Assembly: GCA_019056805.1 (NCBI GenBank)
Contig: DXJG01000013.1
Location: 818 to 32,817, forward strand
From: Candidatus Baldrarchaeota archaeon
GTDB taxonomy: Archaea > Asgardarchaeota > Baldrarchaeia > Baldrarchaeales > DXJG01
DNA: 32,000 bases
Reading direction: 5' to 3'
Within the stretch, counting starts at the first letter, position 1. Each line of letters starts with the position of its first letter. The notes below the pieces were generated by a model that worked only from the letters and a program-made list of their open reading frames with translations, was not told the origin of the DNA and ran no database searches. Positions 9,670-20,067 of the stretch are shown piece by piece. The position numbers were made by a program, and so were the translations under genes.

Positions 9670-10014
9670 TATAGTTCCCTCAACATCATTTGTTTTGTTG
9701 CATGAAATTTTAAGTTAAAGCTAAACTTAATGAAAGCAATTACAACAACTACAGCTAAAACTGTTATAAATACTTAAGTTTCACACAACACACTAACTTA
9801 AGCTTCAAGACTATATAAGAAATAGGTCATTGTTTATAGCAGTTTCATAGCTTCATAGAAGGCACATTACCGATAAAATAACATTACATGATGAATATCA
9901 TACCTAACGCTTTCAATATTTCAGTTTGTTATAATAAATCACAATCTTAGAAGATTCCAAAATTCTCTAAACTCACATTGATGTAAAATTGAAAAGAAAA
10001 TTAGATAGTTGTGT

Positions 10015-11019
10015 TTAAATTCTGGTTAGTAAATCAAGAATAATGACAGCAGCTGTTAAAAATGATAAAATTGAGATTGCTCTAAGTATGTAGAACTTTG
10101 CAACTTTCTTCTCATAATATCTTCTTGGACCAATATTAAGAAGGATAGGAGCAAGAAGAGAACCAATTAAAAGACCAAGAACGTTTTCAAGAGTAAGTAA
10201 AAATGATCCAAGAAACATTTGAGAATCTAACATTCCAATAGCTATACCAACAACCACAGAAGGAGGTAATACCGCAGCAGCTATAGCTATTCCAGCAAGA
10301 ATTTCTGGTATATCCATTGCCATAGCCATAATCGCTGCAAATCCAAGCAAAATCGTCATAATAACATAAATTAAGCTTGGCTCACTTCTTAACATTATTT
10401 CAGACCCGGTTTCAAGAGGGAAAATAAATCGCAATAGAAAAGTAAGTAGAGCTGAGAAAGAGATTACTACCCCTACGAAAGATAATAGCTCGAGTAAAGC
10501 TTTTAACGAATCTTTTATTTTTCCAAGAGCAGAATTGATCGAAAAACTGTATATTGGTCCCAATATTGGTGACAATAACATTGCACCAATTATAATTGCT
10601 ATGTTGTTTAAGAAAAGGCCTATTAGGGCTATTAAACCAGCAACTACGGTGAGAGTAAGTTTTGGAACATCTATTATTGTATATTTTTTTGCTTCCAATA
10701 GAAGCTTTTCTATCGGAGTTTGTGGCTTTATTTTTCCATTTCTATTCAGTTTCCCTCTTATCCGGTCAAATTTCGTCGATATAGCTGCCTCAACATTAGA
10801 AACAAGCATAATATTTTTTGAAAATCTGAAATCAATATTTTCCATTAATTCCTGAATTAGTTCATTAAGAATTTCATCAGGAACAAGCAAGTCAACATGA
10901 TATATTTTACTCCCATCTGATTCCATTTCCTCAACATATTTTGGTAAATCTCTAGATTCGATAATACTTATTGCTTTTTTAAAGCTCCTTTCCAGCAAGT
11001 ATAATTCTAATTTTTTCAT
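10015..11019 (-). CDS. TIGR00341/DUF389 family membrane protein
   Basis: Soluble N-terminal domain then LIGLFLNN...IIGAMLLSPILGP and GIAIAAAVLPP motifs. Confidence 0.85.
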   Translation of the reverse strand: MKKLELYLLERSFKKAISIIESRDLPKYVEEMESDGSKIYHVDLLVPDEILNELIQELMENIDFRFSKNIMLVSNVEAAISTKFDRIRGKLNRNGKIKPQTPIEKLLLEAKKYTIIDVPKLTLTVVAGLIALIGLFLNNIAIIIGAMLLSPILGPIYSFSINSALGKIKDSLKALLELLSFVGVVISFSALLTFLLRFIFPLETGSEIMLRSEPSLIYVIMTILLGFAAIMAMAMDIPEILAGIAIAAAVLPPSVVVGIAIGMLDSQMFLGSFLLTLENVLGLLIGSLLAPILLNIGPRRYYEKKVAKFYILRAISILSFLTAAVIILDLLTRI

Positions 11020-11352
11020 TACTCTTCACCTTCCCAGTAACATTGGCAGAAGTTAGTGAACCCCTTACATTCAAGCAAACCACAAGGTATCAACTTAAAC
11101 AAAAGAGAGCTACTGAGTGCCTCATCACTCTATATCACTAATTCATACTCCATGAGTCACCTTATTTGTAAACAAGTTTTTATTAAGCTTTTAAGTAACC
11201 TATTGTTCACATAATAATTTTTTAAGTGTTTCGCTTCAAAAATTTAGATTTACTAACCTTTTTTCGTTTAAAAAGACGTAAAAAAACTGTTTTCAATTTC
11301 AATAACCCATTTCAAAAATAAAGATTAAAAAGAAAGCATTTGTCTATTTCTT

Positions 11353-11967
11353 TTAAACAACGGAAGTAATACCTGTTTCTTCTATCGTTGCAGTTGCGTG
11401 GACAACCCCACCAACGTTATGCTCCGTGAGAAATATTGTTTTTCCCTTTTCAGCTTTACAATATATATCAATGTATAGTTTGTATGTTATGCCTTTTTGT
11501 AAAGTTACTGGTTCATCGAATCTTATTAAAATCGGTAAGGTTCTATTTGAAGTTATAAGTAGATTTCCTTCTTCATCGTATGCATTTATGTTTCTTGCAT
11601 ATAAATGAAGAGCTCTATAGGTACCCTCAGCAACGAAAAGATCATCGTAACCTTTAACAAATTCAAGACCATTAGCACTTAAATTCAACGATATACTTAC
11701 ATCCTGAGCCACGACAGCCTGCCCTGGTACATTTGAATGTTCACCCTCTCCTGCTGGTATCCAAACGAATCTCACAACTTCCATCAGAATGTAACTGTAA
11801 TTTAACTGTACAGGATGTCCAGGTGGCGGTGGATCAATAAAATACACATCCACAACTGCTGCTCCAGCAATATAACCTTGAATATTTGATCCATAATATG
11901 TCCACGTTAAACCTAATGCCAATACTGCGAACAATACAGCTATTATAGTTCTCTCTTTTCGATTCAA
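11353..11967 (-). CDS. Secreted or membrane-anchored DUF4382-like protein
   Basis: N-terminal hydrophobic segment; VYFIDPP, EGTYRALHL and LYIDI resemble the DUF4382 pattern. Confidence 0.5.
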   Translation of the reverse strand: MNRKERTIIAVLFAVLALGLTWTYYGSNIQGYIAGAAVVDVYFIDPPPPGHPVQLNYSYILMEVVRFVWIPAGEGEHSNVPGQAVVAQDVSISLNLSANGLEFVKGYDDLFVAEGTYRALHLYARNINAYDEEGNLLITSNRTLPILIRFDEPVTLQKGITYKLYIDIYCKAEKGKTIFLTEHNVGGVVHATATIEETGITSVV

Positions 11968-12098
11968 TTGTTTTCACCCCAAAACTTTAAATTTAACTTG
12001 ATACAATTATGTTAAAATGAAAATATAATCTTTTAGTTACACTTTTATCGAAATCTAACATTCGACCCCAATCGAAGTACACAGGAAGGCCTCCTAAA

Positions 12099-12949
12099 AT
12101 GTCAAAGAAAAACAAAGATGAATCGATTATATTTGAAGCAGCATCACACCCAGCTAGAAGAAAAATAATAAAATTAATCGGAGAAAAAGGAGGCGTCACA
12201 TATAAAGATTTATCAAAACTCGGAATAGAAACCGGAACACTCTACTTCCATTTAAATTCCCTCATGAGCAAACCATATCCAATAATTCAACGAGACGAAA
12301 AGAAAAGATATATCTTAACACCTTTAGGAGAACTAACCTACAAATTAATAACAGAAACCGAAGACAAAATCGCATGGATCACAACTAAAGAAACCTCAAA
12401 AACATCTAAACTACCCGCAAATATAGGAAAACCCTAGGATTTAAACAAATTTTACAAACAATATATAAAACACCAAAAAGCTATATTCCCAATGCAATAA
12501 CACTCTCAACACTATATGGCATCACCTCATTTTATTCAGAACAAACACCCTTAATCTTACTGATACTTCCCCGTAAATTGCCTTTGCTACAAACAATAGC
12601 CTTGGCAATACTCTCTTGGCTTACAATATTCGGCATTTCCGAAATGCTCTCCAGAGGAATCTATAAAAAAACGGAGAATACAACCAAACTCTTAGTAGGG
12701 TCAACCATTCCATTAATACCTCCCACAATAAGTATGGGACTAAACATCCTAGTCAAATCTTTTAACCTCCGATTTTTCCCAAGAACAACATTAGCTATAT
12801 CAATATTCTTCCTTTTCTCAGAAGTATGGTCACTATGGACATTAACATACACGATAGGCTTAGCAAAAGACCTAAAACCTACCAAAGCAGCACTAATAGC
12901 ACTAATAATAGGATACATAAATTTAACATTGCTACAACTCCTTAAATGA
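12099..12949 (+). pseudogene. Frameshifted winged-helix regulator fused to a multi-pass membrane domain
   Basis: wHTH ORF 12099-12437 (HPARRKII...GTLYFHL). A second frame is open from 12410 to 12949 with no good start and encodes several TM helices. One extra A in the run at 12428-12431 joins them into 283 aa. Confidence 0.6.
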
Positions 12950-13187
12950 CAGTAGAAATACGAAAAGGGTGAGAAAAAGACTTAAATCTGATAGAGTAAT
13001 ACTTTTTCTAAATTCAGTAATACTAATCTGGTGCCATGTAATGACTAAAATAACTATGATTGGTTATTAATTTAGACTATCTATTTTGAAGCTGTTAAAA
13101 AATGAATGAAGTTACATAAAATTTCATTACTAAAATCAGTGTTTTTATAGTATGAAGATTATTCTCTAAAAATGGAGAGATATTTAT

Positions 13188-13712
13188 ATGGATGAGAAAG
13201 AGCTTAAGAGATTTGTAAAACCTTACTATGAGTCTAAAGATATTATGCACAATTTTTCTCACGTTTTAAGAATATTGCGAGAAGCTGAAAAACTTGCTAA
13301 AAACTACGATATTGGCAAAGAACTTTTAACGTATGGAGCATATTTGCATGGAGTAGTGCCTAAACATGAAGAAGCAGCGAGACAATTTCTTAAAAAGCAG
13401 GGTTTGTCTGAGCAGAGAATCAACCAAATTATCCAAGTCGCATGGGAATCGCATAAAGAAGTTGAACCACAGCCCATTGAAGGAAAAATTCTACACGATG
13501 CGCATCTAATTGAAGGAGGAAAAACCTTCATGATCGTAAAATCTCTAATAACAGGAGCACTACGAGGACAAACCCTACAAGAAACAATAAAATACATCGA
13601 AAATAATCTGCTAGGCAAATTTCACTGCTATTTGCCAGAAGCAAAAAAGCTCTACAAGGAAAAAGAAATTTTTGCACGAGAATTCCTAAAAGAATTAAAG
13701 AAGCATCTTTGA
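13188..13712 (+). CDS. Divergent HD-domain protein
   Basis: HNFSHVLR, LHG at the position of the HD doublet, LHDAH in place of the usual DAD. Confidence 0.65.
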   Translation: MDEKELKRFVKPYYESKDIMHNFSHVLRILREAEKLAKNYDIGKELLTYGAYLHGVVPKHEEAARQFLKKQGLSEQRINQIIQVAWESHKEVEPQPIEGKILHDAHLIEGGKTFMIVKSLITGALRGQTLQETIKYIENNLLGKFHCYLPEAKKLYKEKEIFAREFLKELKKHL

Positions 13713-13798
13713 ATCTTATTTTCAGTTGTTTGCTCTAGATTGTAGTACATTATTATTTAAATTGTTCAGTTTTAGTATTTTAGTGCTGGTGAGTTGAA

Positions 13799-14770
13799 AT
13801 GATGAAGGAGGTTATCAATTTCTACATTGATGAGATGAAAGACTCGACATTATACAAAGCTTTAGCAAAGATTGAAAAAGATGAGGACATAAAAAAAGAG
13901 TTGTTGAAGCTATCTTCAATGGAGAAGGGTCACGCAGATTTTTGGAAAACATTTCTCCTAAGTAGAGGAGTTAAAGTTAAAGAATACAAACCCAGTTTCA
14001 TTATAGGGTTATATAGGGTTCTTCGGAAAATTTTTGGTCTTGCTTTTACCTCAAAAGTTATGGAAATGGGTGAAGCGAAAGCAATTAGAAAATACTATGA
14101 ATTTTACCAGAAAGCTGATATATCTGAAGAAGAAAAGAAGCAAATAGAGAAAATAATCGAAGACGAACTGTTACATGAAGATGTTTTCCATAAAATGAGT
14201 AGTAGCGAAAAAATAGAACATATACGAGATGTTTTCCTCGGAATGAACGATGGCCTCGTAGAGATACTGGCAACAGTTGCAGGACTAACTGGAGCATACA
14301 GCGGAAACCCCTACATTGTAGGAATTATAGGGAGCATAGTAGGTATTTCAGGTATGCTTTCAATGGTTATAGGAACTTACATATCTGTAAAGAATCAAAG
14401 ACAGGTAAAAGAACAGAAAATATTTGAGAATAGGGTTTTACATGAACTTTTAAACCAAAAAATGGGTATAGAAGAGACTTTAGAGAATCCTTTAAAAGCT
14501 GCATATTATACAGGGCTCTTCTATCTTCTCGGAACAATCCTAACAGTATTCCCCTTCTTCCTAGGGTTAAACAGCACATCCGCTCTTTTAACATCCGCTA
14601 CTGCAGCTATCATTGCATGGATTATTTCAGGTTTCATAGTAGCGTTAACCAGCGGCTTAAGTGCCACAAGAAAGATATTAGAAATGCTTATAACAGGCCT
14701 AGGAGCTGCGACCATAACCTACACAATAGGTTCGCTTATATCATCTATCTTAGGAATAAGCCTCCTATAA
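13799..14770 (+). CDS. Rubrerythrin/ferritin-like domain fused to VIT1/CCC1 membrane domain (MbfA-like iron transporter)
   Basis: DE...EKGH and DELLH di-iron motifs, then IRDVFLGMNDGLVEILA VIT1 motif and TM helices. Confidence 0.9.
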   Translation: MMKEVINFYIDEMKDSTLYKALAKIEKDEDIKKELLKLSSMEKGHADFWKTFLLSRGVKVKEYKPSFIIGLYRVLRKIFGLAFTSKVMEMGEAKAIRKYYEFYQKADISEEEKKQIEKIIEDELLHEDVFHKMSSSEKIEHIRDVFLGMNDGLVEILATVAGLTGAYSGNPYIVGIIGSIVGISGMLSMVIGTYISVKNQRQVKEQKIFENRVLHELLNQKMGIEETLENPLKAAYYTGLFYLLGTILTVFPFFLGLNSTSALLTSATAAIIAWIISGFIVALTSGLSATRKILEMLITGLGAATITYTIGSLISSILGISLL

Positions 14771-14967
14771 CAAGTATCAAACTCATCTAACAATTTCCAC
14801 AACCATTTATATTTAAATATTTGTGTAAAATAGTGTTTTAAAGCTAATATTGCATTTTTAGAAATCTTAAAAATCAGTTAATTCTATCAAAGGTAAATAG
14901 TTATAATTATCATTGTAATATATAGTCATAGACTTTGAATAGTTTAATATCAATTGGAGCTGGTTAA

Positions 14968-15714
14968 ATGTCTAGTGTTTCTACCCTTTTATTATCTTTA
15001 AAAAAGAACAAAGCAACCTTAACAGAGTTAAAAGAAGCTTTTAACCGCAGTATTGACATGATTAGCCGAGACCTAGATTCGTTAACTGAGCGATTAGAAC
15101 GGTTAAAAAATAAACTCGAAGAAAGACAAAGCATCGAAGAAGAAAAAGAAAAAACAGTATCAGAATTAGAAGCCGCCGTTTCTAATTTAGAAAGAGAAAA
15201 AACACAAACAGAAACCAAGCTTTCAACACTTAAAGAAACCGAATCCCAGCTCAATGAACAACTAAAGGAACTAGAAAGCGAATTAATCAAAGTTCAAGAT
15301 AATATAACCAAAATGAAAGATAGTATTTCCAAGCTTACCCAAGCTTGCAAAGAAAAAGAAGATGAAATCACCAGATTAGAAAAGCAAATTGAGGACATAA
15401 AGAAAGAACATGATAAGGCTATAGCTTCTTTAAGATCATCATACGAAAAAGAATCAAATAGACTAAACGAATTAAAAGCAAAATATTCTGCCCTGAAATT
15501 TTTGATAAAGAAAAACATTTTGGAAATACCAGAACTCAAAGTAATTCAAGTAATAAAAGATCAAAAAACTACAACCATCAGCTTCATAGAGAAAAGCACC
15601 TCACTAAAAACATCATTCATTCAACACGTTGTTAAAGGATTAGCTGACAGAGGAGTTATAGAATATAATGCAAGTACAGGCGAAATAAAGACTTTGAGAG
15701 AAATTGAAATTTAA
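14968..15714 (+). CDS. Long coiled-coil protein with C-terminal winged helix (paralog A)
   Basis: About 170 aa of E/K-rich heptads followed by PELKVIQVI...LADRGVIEYNASTGEIK. Confidence 0.75.
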   Translation: MSSVSTLLLSLKKNKATLTELKEAFNRSIDMISRDLDSLTERLERLKNKLEERQSIEEEKEKTVSELEAAVSNLEREKTQTETKLSTLKETESQLNEQLKELESELIKVQDNITKMKDSISKLTQACKEKEDEITRLEKQIEDIKKEHDKAIASLRSSYEKESNRLNELKAKYSALKFLIKKNILEIPELKVIQVIKDQKTTTISFIEKSTSLKTSFIQHVVKGLADRGVIEYNASTGEIKTLREIEI

Positions 15715-15736
15715 TTTAAGAATGGAGGTTCCAATA

Positions 15737-16471
15737 ATGTCTGAAACATCTGGTATTAGGGATTTACTGAAAAAGATTGAAGAAGAAACATCAGGATTTA
15801 AAGAATCTATCGTTTCTAAACTCGAATCAATAATTGAAGAAGTAAAAATATCAAATAAAGCAGTAGAGGATGTTGAAAAAGAAATAGAAACTACTGAAAC
15901 TCGAATCAAAAAATATGATGAGCAAATTACTGAATTAAAAGAGAAGAAATCCAATCTCGAACAAGCAGTTAAAAATCTTAAAGCAAATGTTGAAGAGACG
16001 AATAATAAAATAATAGAACTTAAAGACAAAATATCTAATATCAAAACTAAGCTGGAAGAAGCAAATGAAGAACTTGCACAATTAAAGAACGAAAACGAAA
16101 AGAAAAAAGAAGAATTAGAAGAATTAAATGAAAAAGTAAGGCAACTTGAAGAAGAAGTTACCCGTATTAAGAAAGCTAATGAGGAAGAATTCGCAGAAAA
16201 AAGTACTGGCCTCAACAAAATAAGAGAAGAGCTAAGTAGTTTAGTAAAAGAAAATGCTGTAGTCGACTTCATATTAGCTGAGGGAAGTTACACCACCCCA
16301 GAAGTAGAAATTCTTACAATACTATTTCAAACAAAAGTATCAAGCATAGAAGAAATAAAAAGAGGAGTTAAAGTTCCCCCAGTAATGACCGTAAGAACCA
16401 TAAAGAAACTAGCTGAAATGAAAATCTTAAGCTACGACGAATCAACAGGACAAATAAAACTTCTACTTTAA
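15737..16471 (+). CDS. Long coiled-coil protein with C-terminal winged helix (paralog B)
   Basis: ATG 15737 after GGAGGT; heptads followed by PEVEILTIL...LAEMKILSYDESTGQIK. Confidence 0.75.
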   Translation: MSETSGIRDLLKKIEEETSGFKESIVSKLESIIEEVKISNKAVEDVEKEIETTETRIKKYDEQITELKEKKSNLEQAVKNLKANVEETNNKIIELKDKISNIKTKLEEANEELAQLKNENEKKKEELEELNEKVRQLEEEVTRIKKANEEEFAEKSTGLNKIREELSSLVKENAVVDFILAEGSYTTPEVEILTILFQTKVSSIEEIKRGVKVPPVMTVRTIKKLAEMKILSYDESTGQIKLLL

Positions 16472-16782
16472 CAAACAACACAGAATTTACCTCTTCAACG
16501 CGAACAACCGTTAACCTCAACTTTTTATTCTACATTTATTATCCTTTAAACGAGTAAAATGAGTCGTCATCAATACTTTCTTATTTTTTAGTTAGAGGAT
16601 ATCTACTTTTATTATGGGACATCTGTCGTTATAGCTCTTGTTTGGATTGAGTGGAGCTAAAATTTGGTTTCACCTTACGTGGCAGATTCGTAGCAATATT
16701 TAGTAACATCGGGTTATAGTGAATAAAATTTATATATATTCCAACGACTAAAAGAGCCTAAATTGCTGGTTGAGGGAAGGTT

Positions 16783-19700
16783 TTGAAAACAAACAAAAGC
16801 CATATAATTATTGCTTTGTTGATTGCTATTTTGCTTCTATCTTCGGCGCTTCCCATATTGTCAGTGTCATCTCAACTTATCCTAAAAAATTGACTAATAG
16901 TAACGTATCAACACCGTTCAAAACGTTCGGTTCAACCAGCTCCGTGGAACACGTTTCTTTTAGAAATGTAACTTTTACTGATATCGTAACAATAGGCAAC
17001 AACTCTATCGTAAGAATTACAGACTCTAACATAACTTCAGATACCATATATGTCTATGATTGCGCAGAGCTCATATTGGAGAATGTAAGTGCACCGTATG
17101 GTACAACCATAAAGCTATACGACAATACAACCCTGATACTTAAAAACTCTAACATAAGCGTGCCTTACATGTACTTTTACGTTTATGACCACGCCAAAAT
17201 TTACATCATAAACAGTTTTCTAAATAAATCAAACATATATGCAAATGACTTTTCTGAAACATACATCTACAATGCAGCAATAAACTATATGTATTTCCAC
17301 GATAATTCTACAGCCTATTTAACGAATGTCACACTTTACTTCCATACCTACCTTTATGATAACAGTAGCATAACCGTGGAACACGCAACGTTCGACGGAT
17401 ACTGGTATTTCCGTGACAACAGTAGTGGAATTTTGTGTAACGTAGCCGGAACTAGTGTCGCAGATATACGCCTATATGATTATTCTAACGTCATCATAGA
17501 GAACTCTACCCTTGATGATCTTTCATTAATAGGCTACTCAACAGTCACTATAATTAACTGTGTTCTCAATGATATCTACATTAACCAGGCTGATCAGTCC
17601 TATTATCATTATGGCGGGTATCGTAGTGTACCACATATTTACAATTCTACATTCGATATTTTACGGTGTTATAGCGAACTTAAAACCTATCTGACAAACG
17701 TCAGAGGAAACACTGTTTGCCGCGGTTTCATAATAGAGGGTACTGGAAACGTTAGCGGGAGTACGGTGTACATGTCTTCTGGAACATTCGAATACAATGT
17801 TGTAAATGATACTTCTTCAAGAATAACAGATTTCAACAATGCAACATACTTCACGTTTAAAAACTCTAATTTCCATATGGAAAACATTGCAGCAGAAAGA
17901 ATTGCAGCATATAACTCTTGTCTTCAAATACATGGTGGAGCTATAACCGTAAGAACCTACGGATACAACTCTACGTTCAACATTTATGGAACTACTCTTC
18001 CATATTACGTGGAATTTGAAAAAAGTACAGCAGTTTTAAATGCAACAACTGGATGCATAGAACTGTTAGTTGAGTATAGTAATATCACTGCTGTTAACTC
18101 AACAAGTTTTTTGGGTCTACGTATAAAACATTCAGCCTTGTTAATAGTTAATTCAACTGTTTTTCTTTTCGCATACAATAATAGTCAGGTGTACTTTGAT
18201 TTTTCAGGAGCAGAAGGCATATTTGCCTACGATTACTCGAAAATCTACATCAACTCTTCTTCTACAGGGTTAATGTGTTCAGATAACGCTTATGTATCTG
18301 TGTTTAACTCGACTGTTTACACCACTTTACTTCAAGGAAACAGCACTGTTTATGCAGATAAAACAAAGTTCATATGCGAAATTAGTGTTTGGGATAACGC
18401 TAACATTACAGTTATAAATTCAAATATATCCGAAAGCTATTCAACAATAGTTACACTGACGAATAATAGTTATGCGTTGTTCAAAAACGTGAGATTCACA
18501 AGTACTGATTGTGATGCAATTATTCAAGCAAACGACAGTTCAGAAGTAATTTTTGAAAATGTGTTTATCGAGGCGGACGGTGACTATTTTGAATTTACAT
18601 TATGGGGTAACGCTCAACTTAAAATTATAAACTCGAAGATAAACACTACTTCAACCATTCTGGGAATCGGCTTGGTTCTTGACAACGCTATGGTTTACAT
18701 AAATGTTACCCAGATCTTTAGAGATACTTCGACTCTCTCCATAGAGTTACGAAATACTACTACTTTAACTACGTTTAACGTAAGTTCTTTTGCTGTTCTT
18801 CTTTGTGATTCAGCTAAATCTTTCATGTATAACAGTAATGTTACAAGGATAGTTGCCATGGAACATGCTTACTTTGAAGCTATTAGCAGACGTGGTTTCG
18901 ACAGTTCGACTACCATTGAAATGTATGATAATTCCGTTGGAAAAATTGTAAACCACAGCATATATTCACTTTACCAGAGTGAATTAACTCAATTTTACCT
19001 AGAAAACGTTTATGCGAACTTTTCTGGCAGTTTCATTTACTTAGAGGAACAAGCTAGGTTGACAGCGTTAAACCTAACTGCAGCGGGAATCACCACAGAT
19101 TTCTTAGTTAATCTATCAAACATGGGCTACGTTAATCTCACAAATTCAAAAATCGGGAAAATAACAGAAGAAATATCAATATATCACTACGGTAACACAA
19201 CTATCAATGGAAAACGATACATTGCTGAAGCTACAGTTGACATATTTAATCACACAATCTTGCAACGCACGACCGTAAATGAAAAGGAAAGTGCACTGAA
19301 CATTGAAGAGTTCATCAATGCTGTTATCGGAAACATCACATACACACACGTCTCAGTAAAGCGTCTAGTTGACACCCAGGCACCAATAGTATCTGTAACT
19401 CCTCCTTCAACGGAATTTGAAAAAGGAATGATAGTAGAAGACATGAAATGGACAATATTGGAAGAACATCCAGACGTCTATGAACTGGAGAAAAACGGCA
19501 CAATAATTATGAACGGTACATATAATAGTGGAGAAGCAATCTCACTAAATATTTCTGCTTTTGATCCAGGGTTCTGGACATTAAAACTTACAGCTAAAGA
19601 TAGAGCTGGATATAGTACAACTATATTGTCAAATGTTACGGTTTATCCAAGTGAACCTCCGATATTCACAGTCAAACCACCAAGAACATACGAGATGACT

Positions 19701-20021
19701 GAAGGAAGCACTGGAAACATTCTTAACTGGACTGCAACAGACCGATTCCCAGCAAACTATGAAATCTACGTTGACAATGAATTAAAAGCAGCAGGAACTT
19801 GGACAAGTGGCGTAAAAATAGAATATAACATTGACAATTTAACCGAAGGGAACCACGCAGTAAAAATAGTAGTTTACGACCTTGCAGGAAACTCCGCTGA
19901 AGACACGGTTTCAGTCATTGTAAAACCCGCTGTAGGCTTTCCATGGACATATATTCCCATAATTGTTGGAGTAACCGCTACTGCAGTGATCATAGTTATC
20001 GTCATCAAGAAGCATAAATAA
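16783..20021 (+). CDS. Large surface glycoprotein (beta-helix repeats, 2 Ig-like domains, C-terminal TM) with a -1 frameshift after the signal peptide
   Basis: TTG 16783 after GAGGG encodes MKTNKSHIIIALLIAILLLSSALPILSVSSQLILKN*. The main frame (16770-20021) has ~20-aa hxhxDNSxhxhxN repeats, many NxS/T sequons, two W...D...Y...G...D.AG Ig-like units, a TM helix and a KKHK tail. Confidence 0.75.
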
Positions 20022-20067
20022 ACTAAACCCCTTTTTATTTTGTTTTGAAGATACCTAGAAACTCTAA

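Noticed and set aside
14968-16471. SMC/Rad50 or chromosome-segregation ATPase annotation for the coiled-coil pair
   Set aside because: No Walker A/B, signature motif, hinge or zinc hook, and the proteins are far too short.
16770-16890. N-terminus MREGFENKQKPYNYCF... given in the ORF track
   Set aside because: It has no signal-peptide character or SD; the overlapping frame from 16783 has both.
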